A DNA stretch of 64,000 nt, taken from NCBI GenBank assembly GCA_964016885.1, contig OZ024740.1:103230001-103294000 (forward strand). Reading direction: 5' to 3'. Below, one piece after another: positions 51,010 through 61,907 of the stretch. The notes below the pieces were generated by a model. That model ran no database searches, was not told the DNA's origin, and saw nothing but the letters and a program-made list of their open reading frames with translations. Every line of letters begins with the position of its first letter. The stretch's first letter is position 1. Source of the stretch: Eledone cirrhosa. Its lineage: Eukaryota. The position numbers were made by a program, and so were the translations under genes.

Positions 51010-51790
51010 GCTGGTGATGGTGGTGGTGGTGGTGGTGGTGGTGGATGGTGTCAGTGATGGTGGTGGTGGTGGTGAATGGTGGTGATGATGGTGGTGGATG
51101 GTGGTGGTGGTGGTGGTGGTGGATGATGTCAGTGATGGTGGTGGTAGTGGTGGAGGTGATGGTGGTGGATGGTGACAGTGATGGTGGCAATGGTATTGGT
51201 GGTGGATGATGCCAGTGATGGTGGTGGTAGTGGTGGAGGTGATGGTGGTGGATGGTGACAGTGATGGTGGCAATGGTATTGGTGGTGGATGATGTCAGTG
51301 ATGGTGGTGGTAGTGGTGGAGGTGATGGTGGTGGATGGTGACAGTGATGGTGGCAATGGTATTGGTGGTGGATGATGCCAGTGATGGTGGCGGTGGTAGT
51401 AGTGGTGGTGGTGAAAGTGGTGGATAGTGTCAGTGATGGTGGTGATGGCGGTGGTGGTGGTGGTGCCAGCGATGGTGGTGGTGGTGAAGGTGGTGGATGG
51501 TGTCAGTATGATGGTGATGGTGATGGTGGTGGCAGTTGTTGTTGCTATCGTTGTTGTTGCTGTTGCTGTTTTTACTGCTGCTGCTGCTGCTGCTGCCGTT
51601 GTTGTTGTTCTTCATTTCACTGATGCTGCTGCTGCTGCAGACAATGGTGCTGTTGCTGTTGCTGTTATTGTAGTCGCATATATATAAATACATACATACA
51701 CACACATTCAACACAGACAATGGTGTTTTGCTGTTGTTGCTGGCGCTGTTGTTGTAGTTGCTGTTGTTGTTGTAGTTGTTGCTGTGTTGA
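51010..51790. repeat. Compound (GGT/GAT)n and (GTT/GCT)n low-complexity block with an 83-bp higher-order repeat
   Basis: Three near-identical 83-bp units at ~51121-51370. Confidence 0.9.
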
Positions 51791-52368
51791 AATCTGGTTG
51801 CATCCACTGAGATATATATATACTTACATATATTCACACATATACATATATATACACACACATACATCAAAGGAGTTAGCAATTTGTCAACAGTCAATAG
51901 GTCAGCCAGCTTAGATAGGGTACTGACTTATGTGGTGATGGTGGGGAGCGAGAGTAGATGTTACTGTTATTGTTATTGTGGTGGCGGGGGCAGTGAGATG
52001 TACAAGTTAATTTGTCCCTTTTTCTCACTTTTCAAAATTTGAATTTATGGCCTTTTGCAATGGCGGATAAGTAAGAGTAAAATGTAAATTTTTAAATAGA
52101 GATTGCTCTGGGAAAATATATGAAATATTTCTATAGTTTCCACAGCTTTTGTCAGAACATTTCCGGCTTCCATTGAGCAAAAATTTTTGTTCTATTTTGG
52201 TCTTTCAGAATACAAAAATTAGTAAAAACTTACCCTCACGAAAAAACCGTGTATTGTCCTATCTATGAGCTCCCTATATATATGTATGGAATTTGGTGTT
52301 AATAAGTGTGGAGTCCTGAAGAGGGGTAAATTGAACAGAAACAATGCAATCCAGGTAACAACAGGTGA

Positions 52369-55208
52369 GATCATCATCATCATCATCATCATCGTTTAAC
52401 GTCCGTGTTCCACGCTTGCATGGGTTTGGACGGGAGTTTTCCCACTTGAGGCAAGAGTGGTTGTCTTGCTCGCATAGGACTGTCTGGCGGGTTTTCTACA
52501 GCTGGATGCCCTTCCTAACACCAACCACATTTACAGTGTGGGGCTGGGAGGTTTTTACCGTGTTGCCTACACGGCCACATTACAGCGTGGACTGTGTGTT
52601 TTTTTGTCGTGACACCTACACGATCTCATTTGTTTCGGCCTGGATGTTGTGGCACCAACATAACTTTACATTGAAAGGGGCGGTGTGGATGGGGTGGGGG
52701 TGGTGGGACGGGGGTGTATTTTGTTAGAGATGCCTACTGACTGTAGTAGGTTTTACTTTGTATTTAGGTAAGGCGGGTCTTCTCTATTACTGAGTACTGC
52801 CAAAGGTCTCGGTCCAGTGACATTGTCTTGGAGAGGTGTAAGTGTGTGAGGTCGGAATTTATCAGCTCGTCCCAGGTTTTTCTGGGTCTGCCTACTCCGT
52901 GGCTACCGTCTATCTTTATTGCCCTGCACTTTGTTATACAACTGTCGTCTTTTATGCGCATCATGTGACCATACCAACGCAGCCTTCTCTCGAGTAAACA
53001 ACATCTGATCCCTCTTATTTCTAATTTTTTCCTTAGTTCGTTTATGCTTTGCCGTTCACGTATATTACTATTACACATCCAGCGGAGCATGCAAGCTTCA
53101 TTCCTCTCCAGTCTGCGTATATCCTCTGCACACGATGCCCAGGTCTCACTGCCATGCAACATTGCTGTTCGTATGCAGGCATCATACAATCTGCCTTTCA
53201 TTTTTAGGGAGAACCCTTTAGCGGCTAATAGTGGTATAAGCTCTCTGAACTTTTTCCATCCAGTTCTGACTCTAGCTACTGTACTTTCAGAGCACCCTCC
53301 CCCACTGCTGATTTTGTCACCCAGGTAACGGAAGCTGTCCACTATTTCTATAGAACCCTCTGCGCAATTGAAAGAGCTAGTATTCTGTGGGCACTTGCTG
53401 CTACTTATTGCACCAGAGCACCGACCACATGTAAAATCTATGTTCTTAGTTAGCTTACCTGTGATCCCACTACATCTTTTATGCACCCATACTTTGCATT
53501 TGGGACATAAAATGGAGTTTCTACCTACGCCTTTCCTACACACTGAGCATGGCCATTTCCTGGAAGGGACCGCCGCCTTATTTTCTTTCCTACAAACTAG
53601 AACTTTAGTCTTAGCCAGGTTAATGTTAAGGCCTTTTGATTCTAGGCCGTGCTTCCATGTTTGGAATTTCTTCTCTAGCTCGGCCATTGATTCAGCTATG
53701 AGCGTTAGATCATCTGCGTATAGGAGTTCCCATGGGCAGCCGGTCTTGAACTCCACTGTTATAGCCTGAAGGGCAATAATAAATAGTAGGGGGCTAAGAA
53801 CAGAGCCCTGATGAACACCAACTTTTACACTAAACTCTTCACTATATTCGTTGTTAATTCTAACCTTGCTGACTGTTTCTTTATACATGGCTTGTATAGC
53901 TCTCACAAGCCATTCATCAACACCTAGTTTTCTAAGAGCCCACCAGATAATGGAACGGGGGACTCTGTCGAAGGCCTTCTCCAAGTCGACGAAAGCTAAG
54001 TATAGGGGTTTACTTTTAGCTAGGTACTTCTCCTGTAGTTGTCGTACAATGAAAAGAGCGTCTGTGGTACTTTTTCCTGACACAAACCCGAACTGCATTT
54101 CATCTAGATCAATTCGCTCTCTGATTAGTTGCGCTATTACTTTTTCCGTGACCTTCATGACCTGGTCGATTAATTTAATGCCTCTATAGTTACTCCTATC
54201 TAGGGCATCTCCTTTACCCTTGTAACAGTTAATGATGATGCTGCTATGCCAGTCCTTCGGAACAACCCCATTCTGTATGACTTGGTTTACTATCCGGGTG
54301 ACCATTGTGTGTCCCACCGTTCTAGAGGCATTCAGCATCTCAGCAACTATTTCCGAAGGCCCAGCCGCCTTACCCATCTTCATATCTTTGATTGCCTTAC
54401 TTATTATACTACCTTCGACTAACACTGCCGGTCCCTCTATTGGGTCGATGTGGGGGAGACTGTCTTTCTCCCATTTATTCTCCTCATTTAGTAGCCTTTC
54501 GTAGTGACACTTCCAAGCTACCTTCTTATCAGCGTCAGTGATGGCAAGTACGCCATCATCATTAAGCACACACTTCTCCCCGACAATATCATGGTTTTCC
54601 TGAACACATTGCCCAGCAATCCTGAACACGTTTATGGTCCTCGCGTTGTAGAACATGCTTGAACTTTCTTTCCTCTGCTTCCCTTCTTGCGAAGTACACT
54701 TGTCTCCTAGCTTCCCTCCTGGCCACTTGATAGTCTTCTCTACTTCCCCCATCCCGCCATACTTTCCAAGCCTGCTTTTTGGCCTTAATTGACTCCTCCA
54801 CCTTACTGTTCCACCACCATGTTACTCTCCTCCTACCTACAGGCCTGCTCCTGCCACAGACTTCGTCTGCCGCCGTCAGCAGGTTTGCTTTCAGGAATTC
54901 CCACTGTTCCTCTATATTATACGACTCTAATTGCTCTTCCTTACTGTCGAAAGCATCAAGTAACATGCTTTGAAATTTATTTCTGGCTGTGGGGTCCTTT
55001 AGCTTCCATATTTTTCTCCTGAGGATAGTCCTCTTCTGTTGTCTAGTACGTCTCGTCCTGACTATGAGGTCGCTAATTAGCAGTCTATGTTGGGAGGTGC
55101 ATTCTTCATGGAGGAGGGATTTAGTGTTTACAACAGACACTCTGTCACTCTTCTGGTAAGGATATAATCTACCTGGCTTGTGTGTTCCCCCGATCTATAG
55201 GTGATCAA
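52369..55208 (-). mobile_element. Young RTE LINE, 5'-truncated within APE
   Basis: 662-aa ORF with complete RT and C4HC3 finger; frameshifts near 54630 and 55140; (GAT)n tail. Confidence 0.95.
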
Positions 55209-56349
55209 GGAAATTGACACTGAAGAAGAATACAAATATTTGGATGTTCTGGAGGCAGATAACATCAAGAATAAAATGAAGGAATTGATAAGATCTGAAT
55301 ACATAAGGAGAGTAAGGAACATACTAAAACCACATCTAAATAGTAGGAATGTCATAAGTGCAGTAAATTCCCGAGCTGTGTCTATTATTAGTTACAGTGT
55401 GGGAATTTTGAAATGGAATGTTACTGAACAAAAAGAAATGGATAGAAAGACTAGGAAGCTACCTACAGTATGTTCCACAAGAGGAGTGATGTTGATAGAC
55501 TACTTAAAGAGATCTGAAGGTGGAAGAGGTCTTATCAGCATAGAGGACTGTGTTCAGATGGAGAAAAACAGTCTGCACAAATATGTGTCTGACAGTAGGG
55601 AGCCAATGCTCAAAGTTGTACTGAAGGAGAAGACAATAGACCAGGGGATGTCCAAGGAGGAAATAACAAGGAGGAAAAGCAACCTTCATGAAAAATCCCT
55701 TTGTAGCACCTTCTTTAAGAAAACGGAATTCAGAGATCCTCAGACATGGAGCTGGTTAAAAAGAGGAGACCTTAAAAAAGCAACAGAAAGAATGCTGATG
55801 GCTGCACAAGGGCAAGCCCTCAGAACGAAGTGCATGAAACACCATATTGACAAGGAGGAGGCTCTGTGTAGGATCTGTGGAGAGAGAGGAGTCTGTGGCT
55901 CACATCATATCTGAGTGTAAACACCTAGCCCAGACTCACTATACAAAATTAGAACACAATAGGCCTGACCTGGTGGTTTTTGACAAGGAAAAAAGATTGT
56001 GCCTGATTGTAGATGTAGTCTGCCCCTTTGACACAAGAGTGCAAGAAAAGGAGAAGGAGAAAATTAACCAATACCAGGATTTAAAGAGGGAGTTAAAAAG
56101 GATTTGGGACTGTCATGAGATCAAGGTCATCCCGATTGTCATAGGAGCACTAGGTACTATCTCAAAGAGTTTTCAAGGATGGTTAAAGAACATTAGTCCA
56201 GCCCCCTTTTTTGGAACACTTCAAAAGGCATGTTTGCTGGGAACAGCAAGAACACTCCGATACATCCTGAATATCTGAGGTTGCAGGTAGCGGCTTGATA
56301 TTCATTTGAACAAACTTTCCAGTTAAATAACATCAATGACTGAGACTCA

Positions 56350-56380
<31 letters not shown>

Positions 56381-56382
<2 letters not shown>

Positions 56383-56569
56383 TGTTTCTACGTTTGGCAC
56401 AAGGCCAGCAATTACCCAGTGCATTACTGGTACTTTATTTTATCGACCCCGTAAGGATGAAAGGCAAAGTTAACCTCAGCGGGATTTGAACTCAGAATGG
56501 CAAGGGCCGTAACTCTATTCGTCAAAGCATGGCGTCCGACCCTCTACCGATACTGCCAATCCACCACCC
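56381..56569 (-). mobile_element. tRNA-derived SINE inserted in the Dong (TAA)n tail
   Basis: Full-length copy flanked by TAA repeats. Confidence 0.9.
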
Positions 56570-56584
56570 TTAATAATAATAATA

Positions 56585-59563
56585 ATAATGGTTTCTTTAT
56601 TGGCCACAAGGGCTAACATGAAGAAAAACATTACAGACGGCACAGAACAGTACAGGACAATACAAAGTGGGTTTTGGCCATGTAAAAAAGGTTATAAAAA
56701 GAAGATAGAAATATTCAAACAACAAAAATAGAAAAATTCAAACAGCAAAAATTCTCTAATAGGAGGGAAACTTCCGAGGGTCACTCGTGGCGAAAACCAC
56801 ACAAAAGACCACGGCCACCCTGACCACCAGGCCAAGCGCCCTCTCTCAGTTTTCCCACTCCTCAGTCTACAGGCGCATACTCAGAGCAGGCCCGTTCACT
56901 CGGACCAGACTCGCCACTTTCACCCACCTTACAACAAAATTAGTAGAAGACAGCACTTGCCTCTCCACCCTGATTTTCCTCTTCAAGTGAAACTTGAAAA
57001 AGTTAATCAGGGATTCGCCGAAGAGGAAAGTGTCCGTCTTCAATCCTTTCAGCCTTGTCCACCATACAATCTCTTTCGCCATGGCCACCAGGCAGATGAA
57101 AACTGCCTGCCCTTCCTCCTCCTTAAAGGAGGACGGTGGAGCTATCTGCACAATGGACTCAGTCGATAACCAGATCCGTCCTACACGTGACAGCAAATGT
57201 TCGACATAGCTCCACAAGTTAGCAATGCTCGGACACTGAACGACTTCATGCACAATGGTTTCGTCGCTCTGTGCACATCTCGGACAGGTTTGGCTGACAG
57301 CACTTCCGTGCCCGTAGAGCTTATCTCAAACCGGCAACACTCCCCGGTAGCACTGCCAGGCCAGGGATTTCTGGAAGTTGTCCATAGGCCCCCGTCTGAA
57401 AGTTCTCTTGAAGAGAGCGAACAGCTGATCGTCTTTGACGCCCAGGGTCTCCCCAAGAACGTTGTTACTCTTACTCTCCACTAGTCCTCTATAGAACGCC
57501 AAGGTGAATGTTCCACCGATACTAGTGCACAGCTGGTAGAAGGCTATGAGGGCTTGGAGACATTCCAGCTTCCAAGCGCTATCCCTCGGTCTTTCCCTGA
57601 TCCAGGACTGTAGCCCCGTTAATGAGATGAGCTGGGGAAAAACACATCTGGCAAACAGTGACCACACCTGTTCACCATCAAGGAAGCACCAGAGATGTCG
57701 CAGCCGCAGCGTATTTACGCATCATCAGCCATGGTATGCCCAGCCCTCCACGTAATGGGTGTTGACAGCAGATGGATCGTCTGACCATGGGAGTATGTCC
57801 CTTCCATAAACAGCGGAAGAGGAGGCACTCCATTTTTGTCAGATTTGGGCTGGGGCAAGGCACAACGGTTAGGCGGTAGCGATGAACGCATTCACCACCT
57901 CTGCCCGACTTTTCAGGGACAGCTTCCTTTCGGCCCATTTCTGGGTGAGAGAGGCCACCCTGTTCGTCACATCGCTCCAGTTTTTCTCCATCTGGAGGTT
58001 CGGACCAAACCAGACCCTGAGCAATTTAACCAGTCCTTCCGTCCAGTGCCCCATGACGCTGTTGGGCGGCATGGACTTGCCTCTCCAGGTGCCGAGCTGC
58101 AAGCCCACTGACTTTTCCTGGTTTAACTTTGCTCTTGTCACCGCTTCATATTCCTTGAGAGCGGTGTCAAGCATCTGGACATGTCCGGTGCTGGACACCA
58201 CCATGGTGATGTCGGCGGCGTAAGCCGATACGGATCTCCCGTATCCCAGTTCGCATGGGACATCTCTCATCGCCTCCAATTTGTGCAGTAATGGCTCTAG
58301 GGCCAATACATACAAGAGTGATGAGAGGGGACAACCCTGACGGACCGAGCACATGATGCTGAACGGCTGTGACAGATAACCGTTCACCTTCACAACTGAG
58401 CAGATGTCGCTGTGCATCGCAGCGATCCAACCTCTGAAAATGGGCCCGAAACCAGCCGCCTCGAGGACCGCCGCCAGATACCGATGGTCGACCCTATCAA
58501 ATGCCTTAGATTGATCTAAGTTGATCAGGGCCCTACCCGTGCTAGGTTCCTTAACCACCCTCTCAATGATGTATCGCATGAGGTGGAGGTTGTCGTGAAA
58601 GGATCTGTCTGGAATGGCGCATGTCTGCGCCTCTCCTACCAGATTCCCGACGACAAGCGCCAATCTCGTTGCTAACACCTTGGCCAAAATCTTGAAATCT
58701 GAGTTTAACAGAATTATGGGCCTGAAGTTGTCTATAACGTCCCGTTTTTAGGGTCTTTTCTCAACAGCACCACCACTCCCCATCTCACAAAACTGGAAAT
58801 GCTCCCGTTCTGCTGCCAGTTGCAGTAGATGTCTGCCAAAAGGTCGCCGAACAAGTCTGGCATGTACGCATAAAGCTCGTAGGGCAGACAATCCAAACCT
58901 GGTGATTTACCCCTCGGGCAATCAGACATCGCTTCCCGTATTTCACCTGCTGTTATCGGTTTTTCGCAATACTGCACTGCAGTCGTCGAGAGCTGCGGCA
59001 GTCCCTCGAAGTCCATACTCCGATCTGGCCCACCGCCGCTCCCAAACAGTTGAGCAAAGTACTGCTGAAAAGCCTCACACATCTGCTCGGGTTCGAGTAA
59101 CATGACCCGTTTTGGTCAGGCAAGGATTGAATTGTGGGTTTGTTGCCACGTCACGTCTCCACAACCCGGGCCCATTGGACAGCCTTTGCCTCCTCGTGTC
59201 TCAGAGCACGCACTCTAGCTCTGACAACGCAGCCTTCATGCTTTGCATTGAAGAATTGGTCGAGTGCCAATCTTGCCGCAAGGACGTCGGTTGCGATGCC
59301 TCTCCTAAACGCCTCTTCTAGCTTTCTAACTATCTCTCCTTCTACTCTATTTTCCTCTATCTTTACTCCTTTGCTAAACCTTATTGATTCTACTCTAATT
59401 TCCCTTTTCAGGGTAAACCACCACCTGTTGTTGATGATCACACCCGTCAAAGCACGCTTAACTAATTCACTTATCCAGTCTCTGTAAGCTTTGCGCGCCG
59501 GGAAAGACGCGTTCAGCTTCCAGTAACCGGGTCCTTGCCTATGAAGTCTATCTAAATCGACAG
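56585..59563 (-). mobile_element. L1/Tx1-clade LINE, 5'-truncated
   Basis: GYWKLN, KSPGLD, DQSKAFDRVDH, RQGCPLS, AYAAD, GGLG; 3' end aataaagaaacc(att)n. Confidence 0.9.
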
Positions 59564-60912
59564 CACAGGACGGTACAAATGAGCATTTCTGTATGTAAAA
59601 ACCAAAACATAAAACAAAACCAAAGAATGTAAAAAAATGAATCAAAGGAAAAATTGCCCATTAGAGGGAAGACCACCGGGGGTTACTCATGGAGAAGCCC
59701 ACAAAAATCGCGGTCACCCTGACTGCTAGGGTAAGCGCCCTCTTCCAGTTTTCATCCTACAATACTACAGGCATATGCTCAGAGCAGGCCCATTCACATG
59801 GGCCATGCTCACCTCTCTCACCCACCTATCAAGAAACTGGCTTGAAAGCAGAACTCCCCTCTCCACCCTGATTTTCAGGTTTCACCTGAAAAAGTTAATG
59901 AGAACATCACCGAAGAGGAAAGTGCCTGTCTTCAACCCTTTCAGAAGTGCCCACCATAAAACCGCTTTCACAATGACCACCAGGCAGATAAAAACTGCCT
60001 GCCCTTCCTGGTTAAAGGAAGGTGGCGGGGCAATCATCATGATGGACTCAGCTGATAGCTGGATCCATCCTACACTGGACGAGTGTGTGCAGGATGGTCT
60101 CGTCGCCCCAAGTGCATCTCAGACAAACCCAGCTGGTGGCTCTTACATGCCTGTAAAGTTTATCTCAAACTGGCAATGCACCCCAGTAACACTTCCAGGC
60201 GAGGGAACTCTGGCAGTTATCCATTGGCCCTGGACTGAAAGTCCTTCCGAAGAGAATAGCTAGTTGGCTTTCGTCAACACCCAGAATTTCCCCAAAGACA
60301 TTGTCGTTCTTACCCTCCACTAACCCTCTATAGAATGCCAAGGTGGACTTTCCACCAATCATGGTGCCTGATTGGCAAAGGGCAGTGAGCGCTTAAAAAC
60401 GTTCCAGTTTCCAAGCGCTCCCTCTCGGTCTTCGTTTGACTCAGGATTGCAGCTCCGTCAAGGGGGCGAGCTGGGGAAAAATGTGCCTAGTGAAAGGCAA
60501 CCACACCTGTTCACTGTCGAGGAAGATCTAGAGATGTCGTAGCCTCAGCACATGTCTGCGCATCATCAGCCATGGCAGGCTCAGTCCTCCATGCAGTGCG
60601 TGTTGACAGCAGATGGACCCCAGACCATTGGAGTGCATCTCTTCCACAAAAAGCGAAAGAGCAAATGCTCCAGTGCAGTCAGATGTGGCTTAGGACAAGG
60701 CACAACATTCAGGCAGTAGTAGATGATGGATGCGATGTACGTGTTCACCACCTCTGCCCGACCTTTCAGGAATAGCTTCCTCTCAGCCTATTTCTAGGTG
60801 AGAGAGATCACTTTGCTCATCATCTAGTCCCATATTTTGTCCGTCTGGAGGTCGGGACCAAACCAGACCCCAAGCAATTTAACTGGTCTGTCCATCCAGT
60901 GCCCAACAACAT
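59564..60912 (-). mobile_element. Second, more decayed L1/Tx1 3' fragment
   Basis: Homologous to 56650-58060 (VWFGPDL, FYRGLVE, PMDN...LAW). Confidence 0.88.
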
Positions 60913-60925
60913 TGATAATAAAAAT

Positions 60926-61114
60926 AATTGTTTCTATTTTTGGCACAAGGCCAGCAATTACCCAGTGCATTACTGGTACTTTATATTATCGACCCCGTAA
61001 GGATGAAAGGCAAAGTTAACCTCGGCAGGATTTGAACTCATATTATAAAGGGAGGTAACTCTATGCTTCAAAGCATGGCATCCGACCCTCTACCAATACT
61101 GCCAATCCACCGCC
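60926..61114 (-). mobile_element. tRNA-derived SINE (partial variant follows at ~61142-61265)
   Basis: Full-length family copy between ATT/TAA repeats. Confidence 0.9.
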
Positions 61115-61716
61115 TTATTATTATTATTGATAATAATAATAATGATTTCTGATATAGGCATAAGGCCAGCAATTTTGGGGGAGGGGAAAGTCGATTAAAT
61201 CGACCCCAGTGCATGACTGTTACTTTATATTATCGACACCGTAAGGATGAAAGGCAAAGCTAACCTATATGAAGTATTCAGTATAAGTCGCACTGATGTA
61301 AATATGCACCATGTGAAGGCTCAGAGGGTCATATAACTTGCAACAGCTGAGTCCACCCAGCTGTAAACAGGTAACACGGTACTATGTGAAGACATATTCC
61401 ATCATTGTAGGTCAGAAGAGTATCATTTATCTCTCAATAGACCAGTCCACCCAGCTATAAATATGTACCACATAAAAGAACTGTAACAGAATTGTAAGCA
61501 GTAGGGAATAGTGTATAATTAGCAACAGTTTTATTAGTTTCTAGTGATCACCACCAAACAACTTCAACCTTTGTTAGAGTCATTTCACAAGGGCAGCAAC
61601 ATTAACAGCTTTGCTAATATTACTACTATTGCTGTAATACATTTACATAACAGTATAGCTATTACTGCTATAGTACACTTATATAACATTATTGGTACTA
61701 CAGCTGTTACTACTAA

Positions 61717-61907
61717 GGGCAGTGGATTGGCAGTATCGGTAGAGGGTTGGACGCCATGCTTTGACGCATAGAGTTACGGCCCTTGCCATTATGAGTTCGA
61801 ATCCCGCCGAGGTTAACTTTGCCTTTCATCCTTACGGGGTCGATAAAATAAAGTACCAGTAATGCACTGGGTAATTGCTGGCCTTGTGCCAAAAGTAGAA
61901 ACAATTA
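61717..61907 (+). mobile_element. tRNA-derived SINE at the satellite edge
   Basis: Full-length family copy. Confidence 0.9.

Larger units (their letters stand above)
45810..56380 (+). mobile_element. R4/Dong-like element in four pieces (45810-46165, 46941-47537, 52284-52369, 55201-56380)
   Basis: Collinear peptides YRQNRMF / WIDYKKAFD...HLLFMDDLKL...FSNDI / MEFGVNKC...TTGE / VIKEID...EGGRGL...NRPD...KINQY; (TAA)n tail. Confidence 0.85.

Noticed and set aside
50909-51914. His/Thr/Pro/Cys-rich ORFs
   Set aside because: Trinucleotide low-complexity DNA open in many frames; no splice or homology support
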